The notes under the pieces were generated by a model. The model saw nothing but the letters and a program-made list of their open reading frames with translations, made no database searches and was not told the origin of the DNA. The translations under genes and the position numbers were made by a program. From Marsupella aquatica (taxonomy: Eukaryota > Plantae > Marchantiophyta): a stretch of 64,000 bases of DNA. Position 1 is the stretch's first letter; every line of letters begins with the position of its first letter. Where the stretch lies: assembly GCA_973895155.1 (NCBI GenBank), contig OZ316899.1:10443135-10507134 (forward strand), read 5' to 3'. Below, piece by piece: positions 1-12,158 of the stretch.

Positions 1-65
1 AGATCTGTTGCCCAAATGCACCTTCCACCAACTGGAGCCCAAGCTTGCTTTACATGGGACTTATA

Positions 66-1382
66 CTAAAATATTGGTACATTATCTCTCATAGAGAAAA
101 GAAATGATACAGGTTTTGAGTGACCTTGAATATCTTTAACTTTGAAAGTTTGAAGATATTCTTTGTAAGATGCAACTTCTTGTATCAATCTGGGAACTGG
201 ATGAATGCTCTCACATTCCCAAACCTCTGCCATAAGAGCAAGGAGAGTTGCAACTTCCTTGTGCTGAACTTGATATGATACCTTCGAAAAGAGTGCATCA
301 ACATCTTCGTGCGTATGACCAACCATAAGAAAAGACATTTGAACAGTTTCAAATACTCCTCTACTCACAAGCTCACTACAAAATGCCATGACAGTCTGGT
401 TTTTGTTATCCTTTGCTGAGTTATCCATTTGCAATGTTAGGTGCCAACGCAAGGGCTTGAAAGATGGACTGCCTTGTTCCCCATGCATGTCCCCTCCTTG
501 ATCCTCACCATGTTGGGTGGAGACCGTCTCCGTCTGACTCTCAACTGCATCTTCAGAACCAATATACCTATTCATTGGAATACTCTTTGGTTCCAAATAT
601 CCCTTAAAAAATGCATCAAAGTCAAGAAGGGCTTGAAAGAAAGGTCTATGAGGTTCCAAATAAAGGCCATCCAACATGTCACCTGTCTTGTCTCCATTGT
701 ACTCTTCAAGGTCTCGAAGACACTTAGCCAAGGATGTCACCGTGAAATCGGCATCTCCTGGCCAAAGGCCAGTGACACTAAAGTGTGCATAGACTCCTGG
801 ATCCCTTCCGTGGGTCAACATCCCTGTGAGAGCAATAGGTAGCGGCATCCCATGACCCGAAAGTGATTTAGGAGTACTGACCATTTTTGGAATCCACGTC
901 TTTGCTTGATCCTTCTTGTCGTGAATGATGCAAAGATATTCCCCTGGATGTTGCTTAGCCAACACTCGATGAGCATAGTAAACATATCTACGTGACATTT
1001 GCTCACGAAGATGTTGCGCTCGTTTTTCTTCAATTTCAGCATGTTCTTTTTTCCTTCTTTCTCGCATCAAACTATCTTTGTATTCACAACAAAGAGTACA
1101 CTTGGCAAATGCACCATCTTTATGGAAACTGAAGTTTGCGAATGATTTGCTCCAAATCTTGTATAGAGTATTCTCTGTAACTGGAGGAAGCCCCTCTTCC
1201 TTCATCTTTGTTCTCACATCTTCCAAAATCTCCAGCTTCTTGTAACATGCTGGAAGACGATATTCAGTGGAGTCTGTCCCATGAGCCCCAGCATAAGGTA
1301 TATGAGGCATGGGCTCTGCATTTCGAGTCAAAAAATCCTCCAACAGAGCTCGTGCATGCAAGGTATTTGACCTTGTTTTCAT
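66..1382 (-). pseudogene. DUF7869/Sola-like DDD transposase-like ORF, 5'-truncated by the LTR fragment at 1453
   Basis: 438-aa ORF with FAKCTLC, IIHDKKDQAK, LQMDNSAKDNKN and FLMVGHTHEDVDALFS motifs typical of this family; frame appears to continue past the stop at 66; no TIRs visible. Confidence 0.65.
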
Positions 1383-1452
1383 GGAGCCCTGTTTCCATGG
1401 AACCCAATTTTGCAGCCCTCCACATATCTCCCTTTGTAGTCATCATACTCTG

Positions 1453-2169
1453 CAACTGTGTGTGATATTGCTCAAATCAACCAGAATTCGGTCCCGTAAG
1501 GAATAAGGAAAGCGTTTTACTCCGGTTTTATGGTATTTGAAATCTAAAAGTGATTTCTTTACTGGTTCTTCTCTCAGAATCCTAAAATGATTCTTCCGTA
1601 AACTCCTTAATCAACAAATTCATAAGGTCTTACTTTTTATCAATAGGTAATCGGATTTTCATGTATCCTGGACTTCCATATACTCAAAAGAGATCGGCTT
1701 TACATCCAATGACTTACTACAATTCTCTTTTCCCTAGATATCAAAGTTTCACTCTTAAAAATCCATGAGTTTGAAATAAGTTTGATGTTTTCAATGCACA
1801 ATGTGGTACATTTCCTTTTGATTTAATCTTCCCTCCTAAGCCCAAGATTGGCATGAGAGAAAGACCCAAAATGATCAAAGATTAAGTTTGCAAGGAAAAG
1901 ACATAAACATTTGCTTGGGAGTCCAAATGTAGGGGGCTCCCTCATAACATGGGAGAAACCAAAGGGTTTTCTCCTAAGTTGAGAAATCTATTCCTATCTA
2001 AAAGGAATTCTAGACTTTAAGAGACAAGGTAAAAGGTAAAACCCTTACAAATCTAAATCTGAGACTCCATAAGTGACAAGTGATGTCATTCTAAATCTGA
2101 TCCTAATTAACTAAAATAAAGCTCAAGTAAGAGGTAAAACGATTTGTGAGTCAAGGGCCAAAACTATGT
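1453..2169 (-). repeat. Truncated 3' LTR
   Basis: Direct repeat of 7093-7804 with only a few substitutions/indels; lacks both LTR termini and is fused directly to RT coding sequence. Confidence 0.9.
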
Positions 2170-4209
2170 TTAGTGAGGGGTGTGGCGAGAACAGAGTAAC
2201 CCTCTATAAACCGACGGTAATACCCTACATACCCCAAGAATCCCCTCAGCTCTCTTAGATTGGTGGGAACTTCTAAGGCCAGAATTACTGCTACTTTGTC
2301 ATGGTCTACTGCGATGTCTCTCTGGGAAATCTTATGCCCTAATAAAATACTCTCCTGCATGCCAAAATAACATTTCTCAGGGTGCAAACATAGTCCCGCC
2401 TCCCTACACTAGGCAAATGTCTTTCTTAAATACTCTAAATGATTTTTCTGTTGACTATAAACACAAAAATCATCAATAAAAATTTCTAAAAAATCCCGCA
2501 AGTATTCCTGAAAAATTACAGTCATTAGTCTTTGAAAGGTAGCGGGTGCATTACACAAACCAAAAGGCATACGAGAGAACGCATAAGTACCCCAATCGGT
2601 TGTGAATGTAGTTTTAGACTGATCCGATTTTCTTATGAAAACTTGGTTATAACCGGAAAATCCATCTAGAAAACTATACATTTCATGACCAACAACCTGA
2701 TCTAAGATAGTATCAGTAAACGGTAAAGGATGAAAATCTTTTCTAGTGGAGGCATTTAATTTTCGATAGTCTTGACATACCCTAATCTTGACCTTGCCAT
2801 CTGGTCCTGGCTTTTTGGGAACTATCACTATAGGGGAAACCCACTCACTACTTAGGACGGGATAAATGAAACCAGCTTCTAACAATTTATCTAATTCAGT
2901 TTTAACCATCAGAGAATACTTGGGGTTCAACCTATACTGACGCTGCCTAATAGGAATCGCTCCATCAACCAAATCTATTCGATGTTCGCCTAAAGTGGTT
3001 GGGATACCTTTAAGGTCATGGTGACTCCAAGCAAACACATCCTTATATTCTTCTAATAAGACCTTATACTCTTGCTTGGCCACATCATCTAATGCTCTTC
3101 CTACATTAATTTTTTTATCAGGTTCTACTTCTAGCTTAACATATTGGGTCTTTTTGACCATACCTTCAGTCATACTAGCGGACTCCTCAAAATAGGCCGT
3201 ACTCTTTCCTAATGCTACCTCCCCTTCCTTAGGTTTCTGTAATTGCTATTCTTCCCAATCCGATTCTTGCATCTCTTCAATCGGTTTAGGTTCTAGAAGA
3301 GGTGAAAGAATCGCTTTGGGTGTAAAAATTGGTCTAGGTGCAAGAACGGATTTAGGGTTGGATAAGGAATTCCCCGACCTTTTCGTGGCGTTTGTCTCTT
3401 GGACTTGCCTGACCTCCGCATCTTCAAGTGTTGAATACGTATAGACCTCGAGGTATCAGACGTCCACGTCAAAGTTGAAATCTGCTTCTTTGAGCGCCAT
3501 CATCTCGTCAACCCACCTTGACTCCACTGTAGAGGTGCTGTCATCCAAGGTGTATCCTGGATCCAAGGACATAGTCTCCCCAAAATGCTGCACCTTATCC
3601 CAAGACAATGTGACTTGAGGATGACCAAAGGAAAAAGTTTTGTTAGCCCAATTCACTTTGACTTTGGCTTTATAAAGCCATGGTCTACCTAAAAGGATAG
3701 GAAATGTAGATGGGGTAGGAGGGTCAATAATTAAAAAATTTAATACAAAAGGTAGCCCCCCAATGATAACTTCTATGTTTCCTAATTTGCCTAAAGGAAA
3801 AACTCTATATTGGTCTGCCATTCTCAAGACCCGAGGGGTTGCCTCAAATTTACTAAAAACCTAATGATCGTGCTGTTTGTGCTATCATTATATTAACTCC
3901 AGATCCCCCATCTATAGGTACGCTTCTAACCAAACATCCGTCAATTTGCAATTCCACATCAGGGGCTCCAAAATCCTCGATCTCGGTAAAATTCACAGAA
4001 ACAAGGGGCATTTTATACTTCCTACGCCTACTACTTAATAGAGGTTTAAGTTGCTTCCTATACAAAGCATTATCCCTCAATAATTCTCCAAAGGTTACAT
4101 TAGCATGAGTGCTAGCCACATCTTTAACTATATTGTATCCTAACTTCTCATCTACTTTCACACCCTCAAATTTTGATCCATCTTGAAAAGTTACTTGTTT
4201 AGCCGGCAT
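2170..4209 (-). pseudogene. pol: pol: aspartic protease + reverse transcriptase (stops, truncated after RT)
   Basis: IDGGSGVNI and ILLGRPWL (protease); SEWVSPIVIVPKK, LDGFSGYNQ, RMPFGLCNAPATFQR, FIDDF, LRGFLG (RT) in ORFs 3853-4209, 3456-3827, 2409-3173, 2151-2387. Confidence 0.92.
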
Positions 4210-6380
4210 CCGATCCTTAGATATTTGATTCTTAACTTTGTTTCAATATATTCTTGAGCTTCTGAAGAAATGTCTCGGATAAAATACTTAGGATCGTACC
4301 TGTCATATGCTGGGTCCAATTCCTTAGGTAGTCCCTCTTTCTGCTTACCTCCAGGTGGTGGTTCACTCGCTTTAGTCTTCTTAGTATCTTTTCTAGGTAA
4401 AGCAATCGGTGAATCTGGAGAATCGCTTTTGGTATTCTTGAGTAGCTCTTTCCTTTTGGCATTTCGGGTTGTGGTCCGATATACTGGAATCGATTCCTCA
4501 TGGTTCACCTCCTCCTCAGTTATGAGGTGTGTGTCTTCCAGAAATATCATCCGGACTTCCGCCGTTTCTTTCTTCTCCGGATCTTTCACATACTTCACCA
4601 TCAACTTTGGCTGCACCGGTTTGGGGCATTCAATTGGAAGGTGACCTTCCTCTCCACAATTTCCGCAGATAGAAGTATATGCATAAGGGGATTTTGGATA
4701 AGGGCACTCGGGTGCATAGTGCCCCGCTACTCCACAATTGTAACAGGTCCCTGGAACTCTTTGTGTACGAGGTGGATATCCTCCAGGTGGTTCCATTGGA
4801 GGTTTAACAGGAGGTCTCATTGTCATTGGCCTAGACATCATGTTTCCACCCATACCTCGACCCATTGGTGGTCTAGAGGGTCCCATTGGTCTTCTCAGAG
4901 GCGGGGGATTATTGACCATGTACCAGTCGATATCTTCTTGTTCTTCTGCATAGTAGGCTTGCTCATCCCATTCTTCAGCAATGTACTGGGCATGTCTTCC
5001 CATGTGTGGGCACTCGACTGGGTAGTGGCCTCTTTCCCCACATCTAGCACACCAAACATTTGGTCGATTGACCGGAATGGGTCTCCTCTTAGGGCGATTG
5101 TCCGCCAAATTGACAGAAAGCTTATCAAATTTGCCGCTAAGCTCATCAATTGTCTTCTTCACTCCTGTGAGAGACTTGAGTGCATTGTTAGTAGGCTTGT
5201 ATACCTTCCCTCTATCTTTTCGATGACGAGTAGGCTCGTCCTCAGAAGAGGACGATGAAGAAGATGAAGAAGTTGAAGGGGAAGAACTAGATGATGACGA
5301 CGAGGTAGACGTAGAAGAACTAACTTCCTTCTTTTTATCTCCGGACCTTTTCTTCCTCCGTTTTCTTTTCTCCCTTTCTTTTTCTTTCTTCTCCTCCCTT
5401 TTTAATTCTTTTCTCTGAGACATTTCAGTATCCTCGAACTCTTGTGCCGCTTCAATAGCTTCTCCTAAATTGCTGGGATGTGATCTTCTAACATATCTAT
5501 TCATCTCTCTAGGTAATCCTCCTGTGAAATACTCGGTTTGCATTTCATCACTAGGCAAAGGTCTAATCTTAAGAATTAATTTCCTAACATTCTGAGAATA
5601 GGCTCTCAATGTATCCTTCTTTCTCATGCGAATTCTTCTTAATCTAGCTAACACTCTAGAAGTTGCTCCAGCTTCTCTAAATTCTTTTCTAAAGGCATTT
5701 TGCAAGTCAGGCCAACTACCCTGGACGGCTGCGGTAAGGGATAGAGTGTACCATTTGTGTGCTTCATTTTTCATAAGCCCTTCAAAAATCCGTAAGAGGT
5801 CTGGATCCAAATTTTCCTTATTGGTTTTGGCGGTCGACAGAAATTCGCCCAGCCAATCATCTGGATCTTGGCCTCTCCCTTTGAAAACCGTATATTTCAG
5901 TCTTGTGGAGGATGTCATGATGGAAGGTTGACGGAAAATAGAGGATCCGGAAGACAATGGGACAACAGATTTTCTTCCTACTTTAATTGGTGCAGGTAAA
6001 GATCTTTTAGATTTTAAGCTTCCTAAAAATTGTATAGCGCTTTCCCCCTCATGATCACCCTGAGTCACCAACCCTTCTAAATGTTGAACCTTTTCGGCAA
6101 CAGTAGGCGATTCTGGCAAAACCAATTGTTCCCTTTCTGCAAAATTACTAGGATTATCTGAATTATTTATATCCTCCTCAATCCATCTCTGACTCTTATG
6201 TCTCGTAAGATCAACATATGGAACTGGCTTAGTTGGTGTGATCCTGGCCTTACCTCTATCACTTGAGGTTGATCTTGACCTTCCGCCCGAAGATCCTTCT
6301 TCTGGTGGGGTCAATTTCTTTTGTTCCCGATTATAGTATCTCTTCTCCCGTTCCGAAGGGTTAGTACTGCCTTTACTCAT
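4191..6380 (-). CDS. gag: Gag polyprotein (Retrotrans_gag + three CCHC zinc knuckles)
   Basis: 729-aa ORF; F.G.GQDPDDWL..F and A.KWY capsid motifs; CARCGERGHYPVEC, CYNCGVAGHYAPEC, CGNCGEEGHLPIEC. Confidence 0.92.
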   Translation of the reverse strand: MSKGSTNPSEREKRYYNREQKKLTPPEEGSSGGRSRSTSSDRGKARITPTKPVPYVDLTRHKSQRWIEEDINNSDNPSNFAEREQLVLPESPTVAEKVQHLEGLVTQGDHEGESAIQFLGSLKSKRSLPAPIKVGRKSVVPLSSGSSIFRQPSIMTSSTRLKYTVFKGRGQDPDDWLGEFLSTAKTNKENLDPDLLRIFEGLMKNEAHKWYTLSLTAAVQGSWPDLQNAFRKEFREAGATSRVLARLRRIRMRKKDTLRAYSQNVRKLILKIRPLPSDEMQTEYFTGGLPREMNRYVRRSHPSNLGEAIEAAQEFEDTEMSQRKELKREEKKEKEREKRKRRKKRSGDKKKEVSSSTSTSSSSSSSSPSTSSSSSSSSSEDEPTRHRKDRGKVYKPTNNALKSLTGVKKTIDELSGKFDKLSVNLADNRPKRRPIPVNRPNVWCARCGERGHYPVECPHMGRHAQYIAEEWDEQAYYAEEQEDIDWYMVNNPPPLRRPMGPSRPPMGRGMGGNMMSRPMTMRPPVKPPMEPPGGYPPRTQRVPGTCYNCGVAGHYAPECPYPKSPYAYTSICGNCGEEGHLPIECPKPVQPKLMVKYVKDPEKKETAEVRMIFLEDTHLITEEEVNHEESIPVYRTTTRNAKRKELLKNTKSDSPDSPIALPRKDTKKTKASEPPPGGKQKEGLPKELDPAYDRYDPKYFIRDISSEAQEYIETKLRIKYLRIGCRLNK

Positions 6381-7046
6381 GAACTCTCACCATCCTAACT
6401 AAGGATTTTTTTCATTTTCCAGAATCTAGAAATAACCCAACAATATTTCTCCCCAAACGGGTTTATTTTGGGGAGTAAGGAAAATCAACAAAACCAAATC
6501 TTAGGAACCGTCTGAACAAATTATTACCAATTTCTCTAAATTAACTTGGCTTGGAATCACTACATCTCTTTAGTTTACTTAGATACTTAAAATTAACAAA
6601 AATTTACTGACGACACCTTACTTACATTCAACCAATAAATCAATTCAATTCAAAAGTGATGACGCAATTCCCGTGTTATCAATCACTTTGATTTTCCTAA
6701 CCGATACGTTAGACCTCTTCCCTTCCTTTTTCTCTTTCATTGTCTCCCTTTTCGCCTTTTCTCTTAATAATTTAACTAAGGCAGCAGGGGCATTGTCTAT
6801 TGAAAAGGGCTTAACTTGAAATGTAAAAGAAAAATCAAACCGCATTGAATCTCCCATATTTACAAAATCAATTAAATTCAAATGTTGAACCGATTGTCTC
6901 ACCACTGAATCTTCCTCTTGTCCAAATTGAGTCTCTCAATTGGATTTGTAAAATCAATTTCTCCTCTTGAGATTGATCGTCTGTCTGCTTCAATCTCCTT
7001 TTGGCCAATTCACTTGGCTTCCTTCATAACTCGCTTTTGGTTTATT

Positions 7047-7063
7047 CCCTGGCAGCGGCGCCA
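7047..7063 (-). promoter_or_regulatory. Primer-binding site (tRNA-Asp type)
   Basis: Minus strand TGGCGCCGCTGCCAGGG, ~9 nt after the LTR end ...CTTACCACA. Confidence 0.8.
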
Positions 7064-7072
7064 AAAAGAATA

Positions 7073-8042
7073 TGTGGTAAGTAGAACAACACCAACTGTG
7101 TGTGATATTGCTCAAATCAACCAGAATTCGGTCCCGTAAGGAATAAGGAAAGCGTTTTACTCCGGTTTTATGGTATTTGAAATCTAAAAGTGATTTCTTT
7201 ACTGGTTCTTCTCTCAAAATCCTAAAACGATTCTTCCGTAAACTCCTTAATCAACAAATTCATAAGGTCTTACTTTTTATCAATAGGTAATCGGATTTTC
7301 ATGTATCCTGGACTTCCATATACTCAAAGAGATCGGCTTTACATCCAATGACTTACTACAATTCTCTTTTCCCTAGATATCAAAGTTTCACTCTTAAAAA
7401 TCCATGAGTAATAAGTTTGATGTTTTCAATGCACAATGTGGTACATTTCCTTTTGATTTAATCTTCCCTCCTAAGCCCAAGATTGGCATGAGAGAAAGAC
7501 CCAAAATGATCAAAGATTAAGTTTGCAAGGAAAAGACATAAACATTTGCTTGGGAGTCCAAATGTAGGGGGCTCCCTCATAACATGGGAGAAACCAAAGG
7601 GTTTTCTCCTAAGTTGAGAAATCTATTCCTATCTAAAAGGAATTCTAGACTTTAAGAGACAAGGTAAAAGGTAAAACCCTTACAAATTTAAATCTAAGAC
7701 TCCATAAGTGACAAGTGATGTCATTCTAAATCTGATCCTAATTAACTAAAATAAAGCTCAAGTAAGAGGTAAAACAATTTGTGAGTCAAGGGCCAAAACT
7801 ATGTAGTCTTTGTTCCGTCAAAGTTGTTGCCGAAAGTCTAAACCGATTCTGCAGTGTTCAAGCGATTGTTTGTCCAAAGCGATTCTTCCGTCAAAACTCA
7901 AACTTCTTAACTTTCTCCAAAACATTTCTTTGAGGCTTAAAATGTTTAAGGGGTGACGGATAGATTAGAAGAAGCTTCAAGTAAGGTTAAAATGTTTGAA
8001 AATCTGCCATTTCCACTCCAATGCTCCTTTTTGCCATTCCAC
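7073..8042 (-). repeat. 5' LTR of the Athila-like element (outer end lost)
   Basis: Terminal ..CA next to the PBS; shares ~710 bp with 1453-2169; replaced by LTR family B sequence at ~8043. Confidence 0.8.
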
Positions 8043-8824
8043 AGGATGTCACTACCCCGGCTCCCACGCAAGTTAACGTCTGCCCGTGCCCAACTCCAAA
8101 CAGGCATACCCTGGACCACCCGGAACTCTTCGTACCGGGTACATTTCTAAATGGGCTTTTGGGAGATTTCTCCCAACAGATAGCCCGGGATACCGGGGAG
8201 TTCATGGCTCGGAAGGTAGCCTACTTCTTCAATCAAGAGTTGGTTACCGCAGTAACGGCAGGTCGGGCTCAGTCGAAGGCCCTTCAGCGGATAGAGCGGT
8301 ACCGGGTTGAGTCCATATACCTAAAGGATGAAGTTACGGCTCAAGAGGCTGAGCTTCTGCAACTACGACCCAAGGTTGCAGCCGCCGATGAGTTGTTAGC
8401 AAATGCGCATGCCCTTATTGCCTTAGCCGAACAGGCCAAAGCCGGGAAGGAGGCCGAGATTGCATGGCTCCGGACCCAGGTTGACAGTTTGAAGAACCAA
8501 ACTGTCATCTGGCAGAAAGACCTAGAGGAGGCCAAAGAGCGGGCCCAAAGTGACACTACAGAGATTGCCACCCTGTAGGCCAAAGTGGCATGGCTTCAAG
8601 CCAAAGTCGAGAAACAGACCCAGGTGGTGGACAAGCTGACGAGCAACGCCCAACAACTGGAAGAGGCATGCCAGGAGGCAGCTGAGGAGACGGACGCGGC
8701 AAAGCGAGAAAACGAATCTCTGTTGGACCAAGTCCAGCTCCTCAAGGCGGACAAGGACAAACTCTGTAGGCAGCGGGATGGCCGCTCCCACTCGAATGGC
8801 TCTGGCAAGCGCACCAGACATTAG
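8021..8824 (+). pseudogene. C-terminal coiled-coil part of the family-B LTR ORF (one in-frame stop)
   Basis: Heptad-rich E/K/Q/A/L sequence ending in basic GKRTRH; homologous second copy at 47867-48958. Confidence 0.7.
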
Positions 8825-9708
8825 CGGAGGGTTAGGCTTAGAATAGACTTAGGAGTAGCTAAAATAGGCTGGTAGGACAAGTGCCTGCCAGAAGATAGCG
8901 GCGCTGACACATTAGCCAGCCTGTGTAGAATAGGTTAGACTAATAGGACAAGCAGGCACCAGCTTAGCAAGGATATAAGTTAGCATAGATTCGGGCACGA
9001 GGCCAGGCCGATCCTCAGCCCTTAGTATTTAGCGGCCCCCCCAGTAGAGGCAAGGGGAGGGGGATTTGAGATTCAGAGGTTGGCCATTCGCAGTACGCGC
9101 GGGGAGTCTCAAACTCGGTGCAGTACCGGAGTGCCAAGGGGAGGGTATACAACTAAGCTCGCTGGGCGAGTGCGGAGCCGGGCTCCGTTGTAGTGTATAC
9201 TCCTTGGCCTTGGGCCCGTTCGTTCACGAGGTGTCGGGTCAACCAATCGTAAAGTGTATGATCATAAATGAATGAAATCCTTTCTCCTTAATTCCTTCGT
9301 GTAAATTGAGATTTCTGTTATGTATGAATGCATATATGTGTCTCATGTGCAAGTATCAACGCCGGGCCGAACACGTTATGCCAACCGTGCATGGGGTGTC
9401 GGATATGGGTACGGGGTTGCGAGCCCGAGTTGAGACCCTTGTACTAATGGATCCAAATTGAAGGCGGTAACATGAAGGCTTAGAAGTCCATGAGCCGGGG
9501 TCGACCCTGTGTCGACTAAGGTACGTTCCGGCGGCGGAACACAAACTATACCTAGGAGGTGTCTGTACATAATAGTAAGCGCACTTAGCAGTAGTTTACG
9601 TGAGTTAGGAGCATTCTGTGCGTCCCTCCTGCCTGAACCCTCATATTTACGAAGGATGTGCCTGTCTAAGCCAAAGCCCGGGTTAAGGCCTAGGCTAACG
9701 ATGTGACA
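8043..9708 (+). mobile_element. Partial copy of LTR family B (same family as 46974-50930, opposite orientation)
   Basis: Ends ...TAGGCTAACGATGTGACA, matching the reverse complement of the 46974 terminus; ORFs 8021-8578 and 8585-8824 are homologous to 48404-48958 and 47867-48202 (LDHPELF.PGTFLNGLLGDFSQQIARDT; LLDQVQLLK..GSGKR.RH). Confidence 0.88.
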
Positions 9709-10766
9709 GTTATCATAACCTTTGGTTTTGGAATCCTTTTATGGGCTTCCAAACCAAGCATCCTATCATGATGGTATCCAGACCAAGAATAGGACCTTGA
9801 GTTTGGTCTAGGTTTATCCCGGACGTCCACTCAAAGCACTCTACTTTGTCCAAACCTCCACCAAGTACCTCCCTTCTCTAGTCAGACCGTGGGGTCACAA
9901 GATGGTACACAAGGGTGGGGGTGAGCTTTTTAGTAGTGTCTGAATCACCTGGGGGGTAGGAAAAAGGGGAGACTACCTCTTTTCCCTCCAGTAACTTGCA
10001 TCTTGCTAAGCCAACACGTAAAGGGCCTCAATCTAATGTGTAATTCCACTGAACCTTGGCGGGAGGTAGAACCTAGGAGCTTAATTCCGCTAAGCTTCCA
10101 CATCTACCTCATCATTGGAGCTCTTCATCCTTACTCCTATTGTGGGCAAGACACACAACCAAGAAACGATATAACTCATCCGACCTTGACATTGGTTCGG
10201 ATAACCTACAATCTAGGGGGAGACAGCCTCCTGTTGTCACTATTGTTAGTATCCAAACCTCACTTCCTCAATGACAATCTCCACTAGGAATTCAACAAAG
10301 ACTGACTTATCAGAATGAAGAAAGAACATTTGCACATCAACGCGGATCTGGTTGCAAGAATGCACGCCATGTAATTGAATAATGTGTCATATGGTCAAAA
10401 GAACACAAAGTAACAATATATCTTTATAAACTCAGAATTTGGTCCCTTTAATTATAGATTGGGAAAAGATTGAATGAATTAATAGATTTAAGTAGTTCAG
10501 AGCTCTTGCTCCATAACTCTCAATTTTCTATAAAGGATAAATTTAACAAAACACAAGGAAGATACAATTTTTGAGTTATGGAATTAAAAGGAAATCTAAT
10601 CTGTGAATAGAGTTGTTTTAATTTGCTATTGCCACTCCTTCAGAAAGGATTATGGTCTTAGTATAGGCCAAGGTTAAAACTACCCTAACAGACTCACTCT
10701 CCTTTTGGGACATAAAGATGTGAAATAGAGGATTCTTTTGCTCACCAAACCCAAAGTACATTTTTG

Positions 10767-10797
<31 letters not shown>

Positions 10798-11578
10798 TAT
10801 AATGTCGTCAATATGGTTTGATTATCAGTGATTCACAATTCAAATCAAACTCTAATACATATGCCAAAGTAAAACAATGGTACTTTGATATTCTAAAAAT
10901 GGAATTTTGCTTCTCCAATTCAAATATCTATCCTCAAATTAGCTAGCAAATCTTGACACAGCAAGCAAGTCTAGTAGTGAATTCGATGGGAATCTCAAAA
11001 GCTTGTGATTAAAACTCAATCACCAAAGGAATCTCCTGAATTCATTCACAAATCATAACATATATTTTACTTCCATACAAAACTTTCTTGTTAAAATGGA
11101 AGGTGAAACCTATTAATAATTCTTTTACTGAATAAAGTTTTGTTCCCTAGAAAACTGGTAATCCAAGGGGTCGGATTAGAATTCTAACACAAATGAGGAA
11201 CTTAAGAGATATGTCGTTTTAGACGTCAAATATCTAAAAAGATAAGCCTAAAAGAAATGGAAAAAGTGAAGTGTTGGAAACAGATGTTGCTAGAAATGTC
11301 GGAATTGTAATGAATGCCTCTGAAAGTGTCTTGGTTTGCAAAGCGTATGTGTTTTCACTAAAACTGATAAACAAGGATCTTATCATAATTTTAACTTCAA
11401 ACCTAGAAGGCAAGATGAAGTGAAACTTTTCCAAAGTACTCTACTACATATAATCTCTATGTTGGTAAAGTTTCAGACTTTTTTTAGATTTCTAGGTCCA
11501 TCAAACAAATCAACAAAAGTATCGCATTCTTATAAAAAGTGGAAAACTGTAAATTTTTCTAAGTGTTGAGAGATTGGT

Positions 11579-12158
11579 GGATGCTTCAGAAGGCGTCCAA
11601 AAATACAAAGGAACTTTTTGGCCCCTTCAAAAGCATCGTCAGAAATCTCATAGCAACGTCTATTTTCCGGGCCTTCCGAGTGGACACTTGAGTGAGCGTC
11701 AGTATTGATATTGCTTTTGTTTAGCAAATGCTTCACTTTAGGTGTCTATGTTGTGGACAATTAAAAAATGTTGCATCTTCTTGTCTTCCACGGACGGACG
11801 CCTCACAAAGCATGGCTTCTCATGTGGACGCTTTTCAAAGTGTCCAAGTCTTCAAGATGTTTTAGTAGTGGCAATACTTGGTGGCGGCTTTGGTAAGGGA
11901 AGCTTCACAAAGCATCTAGGTCTTCAAGATGCGACAGACAGCTTGGGCGATGGACACTTCCGTCAGGTGTCTATACTTTGTGGATGCTTCAGAAAGTGCC
12001 ATCCCTTCTTTGTTGTCGAACACAGACGCTTCTGATAGGCATTGGGTCAAAGCGTCATGGATTAGTTGCTACTAGAATTAGAATTTCCTTTGGTAGAGTA
12101 GTTTGAGATGGCCGCTTCACAAAGCATCTGATTAGAGTGGACACTTAAGAAAGCGTCG
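11579..12158. repeat. Array of ~10 degenerate 20-bp palindromes GGACGCTT-N4-AAGCGTCC (DNA-transposon subterminal-like)
   Basis: Copies at ~11579, 11682, 11796, 11826, 11898, 11952, 11982, 12024, 12109, 12139. Confidence 0.7.

Larger units (their letters stand above)
1453..8042 (-). mobile_element. Athila-like Ty3/gypsy LTR retrotransposon, internally deleted (RNase H, integrase and PPT missing)
   Basis: Two near-identical LTR segments (1453-2169 and 7093-7804), tRNA-Asp-type PBS, gag-protease-RT order on the minus strand. Confidence 0.9.

Noticed and set aside
4270-5931. Plus-strand ORFs 4270-4644, 4500-5258, 5626-5931
   Set aside because: Antisense shadows of gag with no domain signal.
9709-11230. 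Possible LTR fragment, AT-rich tract and (TA)n at ~10779-10797
   Set aside because: No definable termini, PBS or partner repeat in the window.
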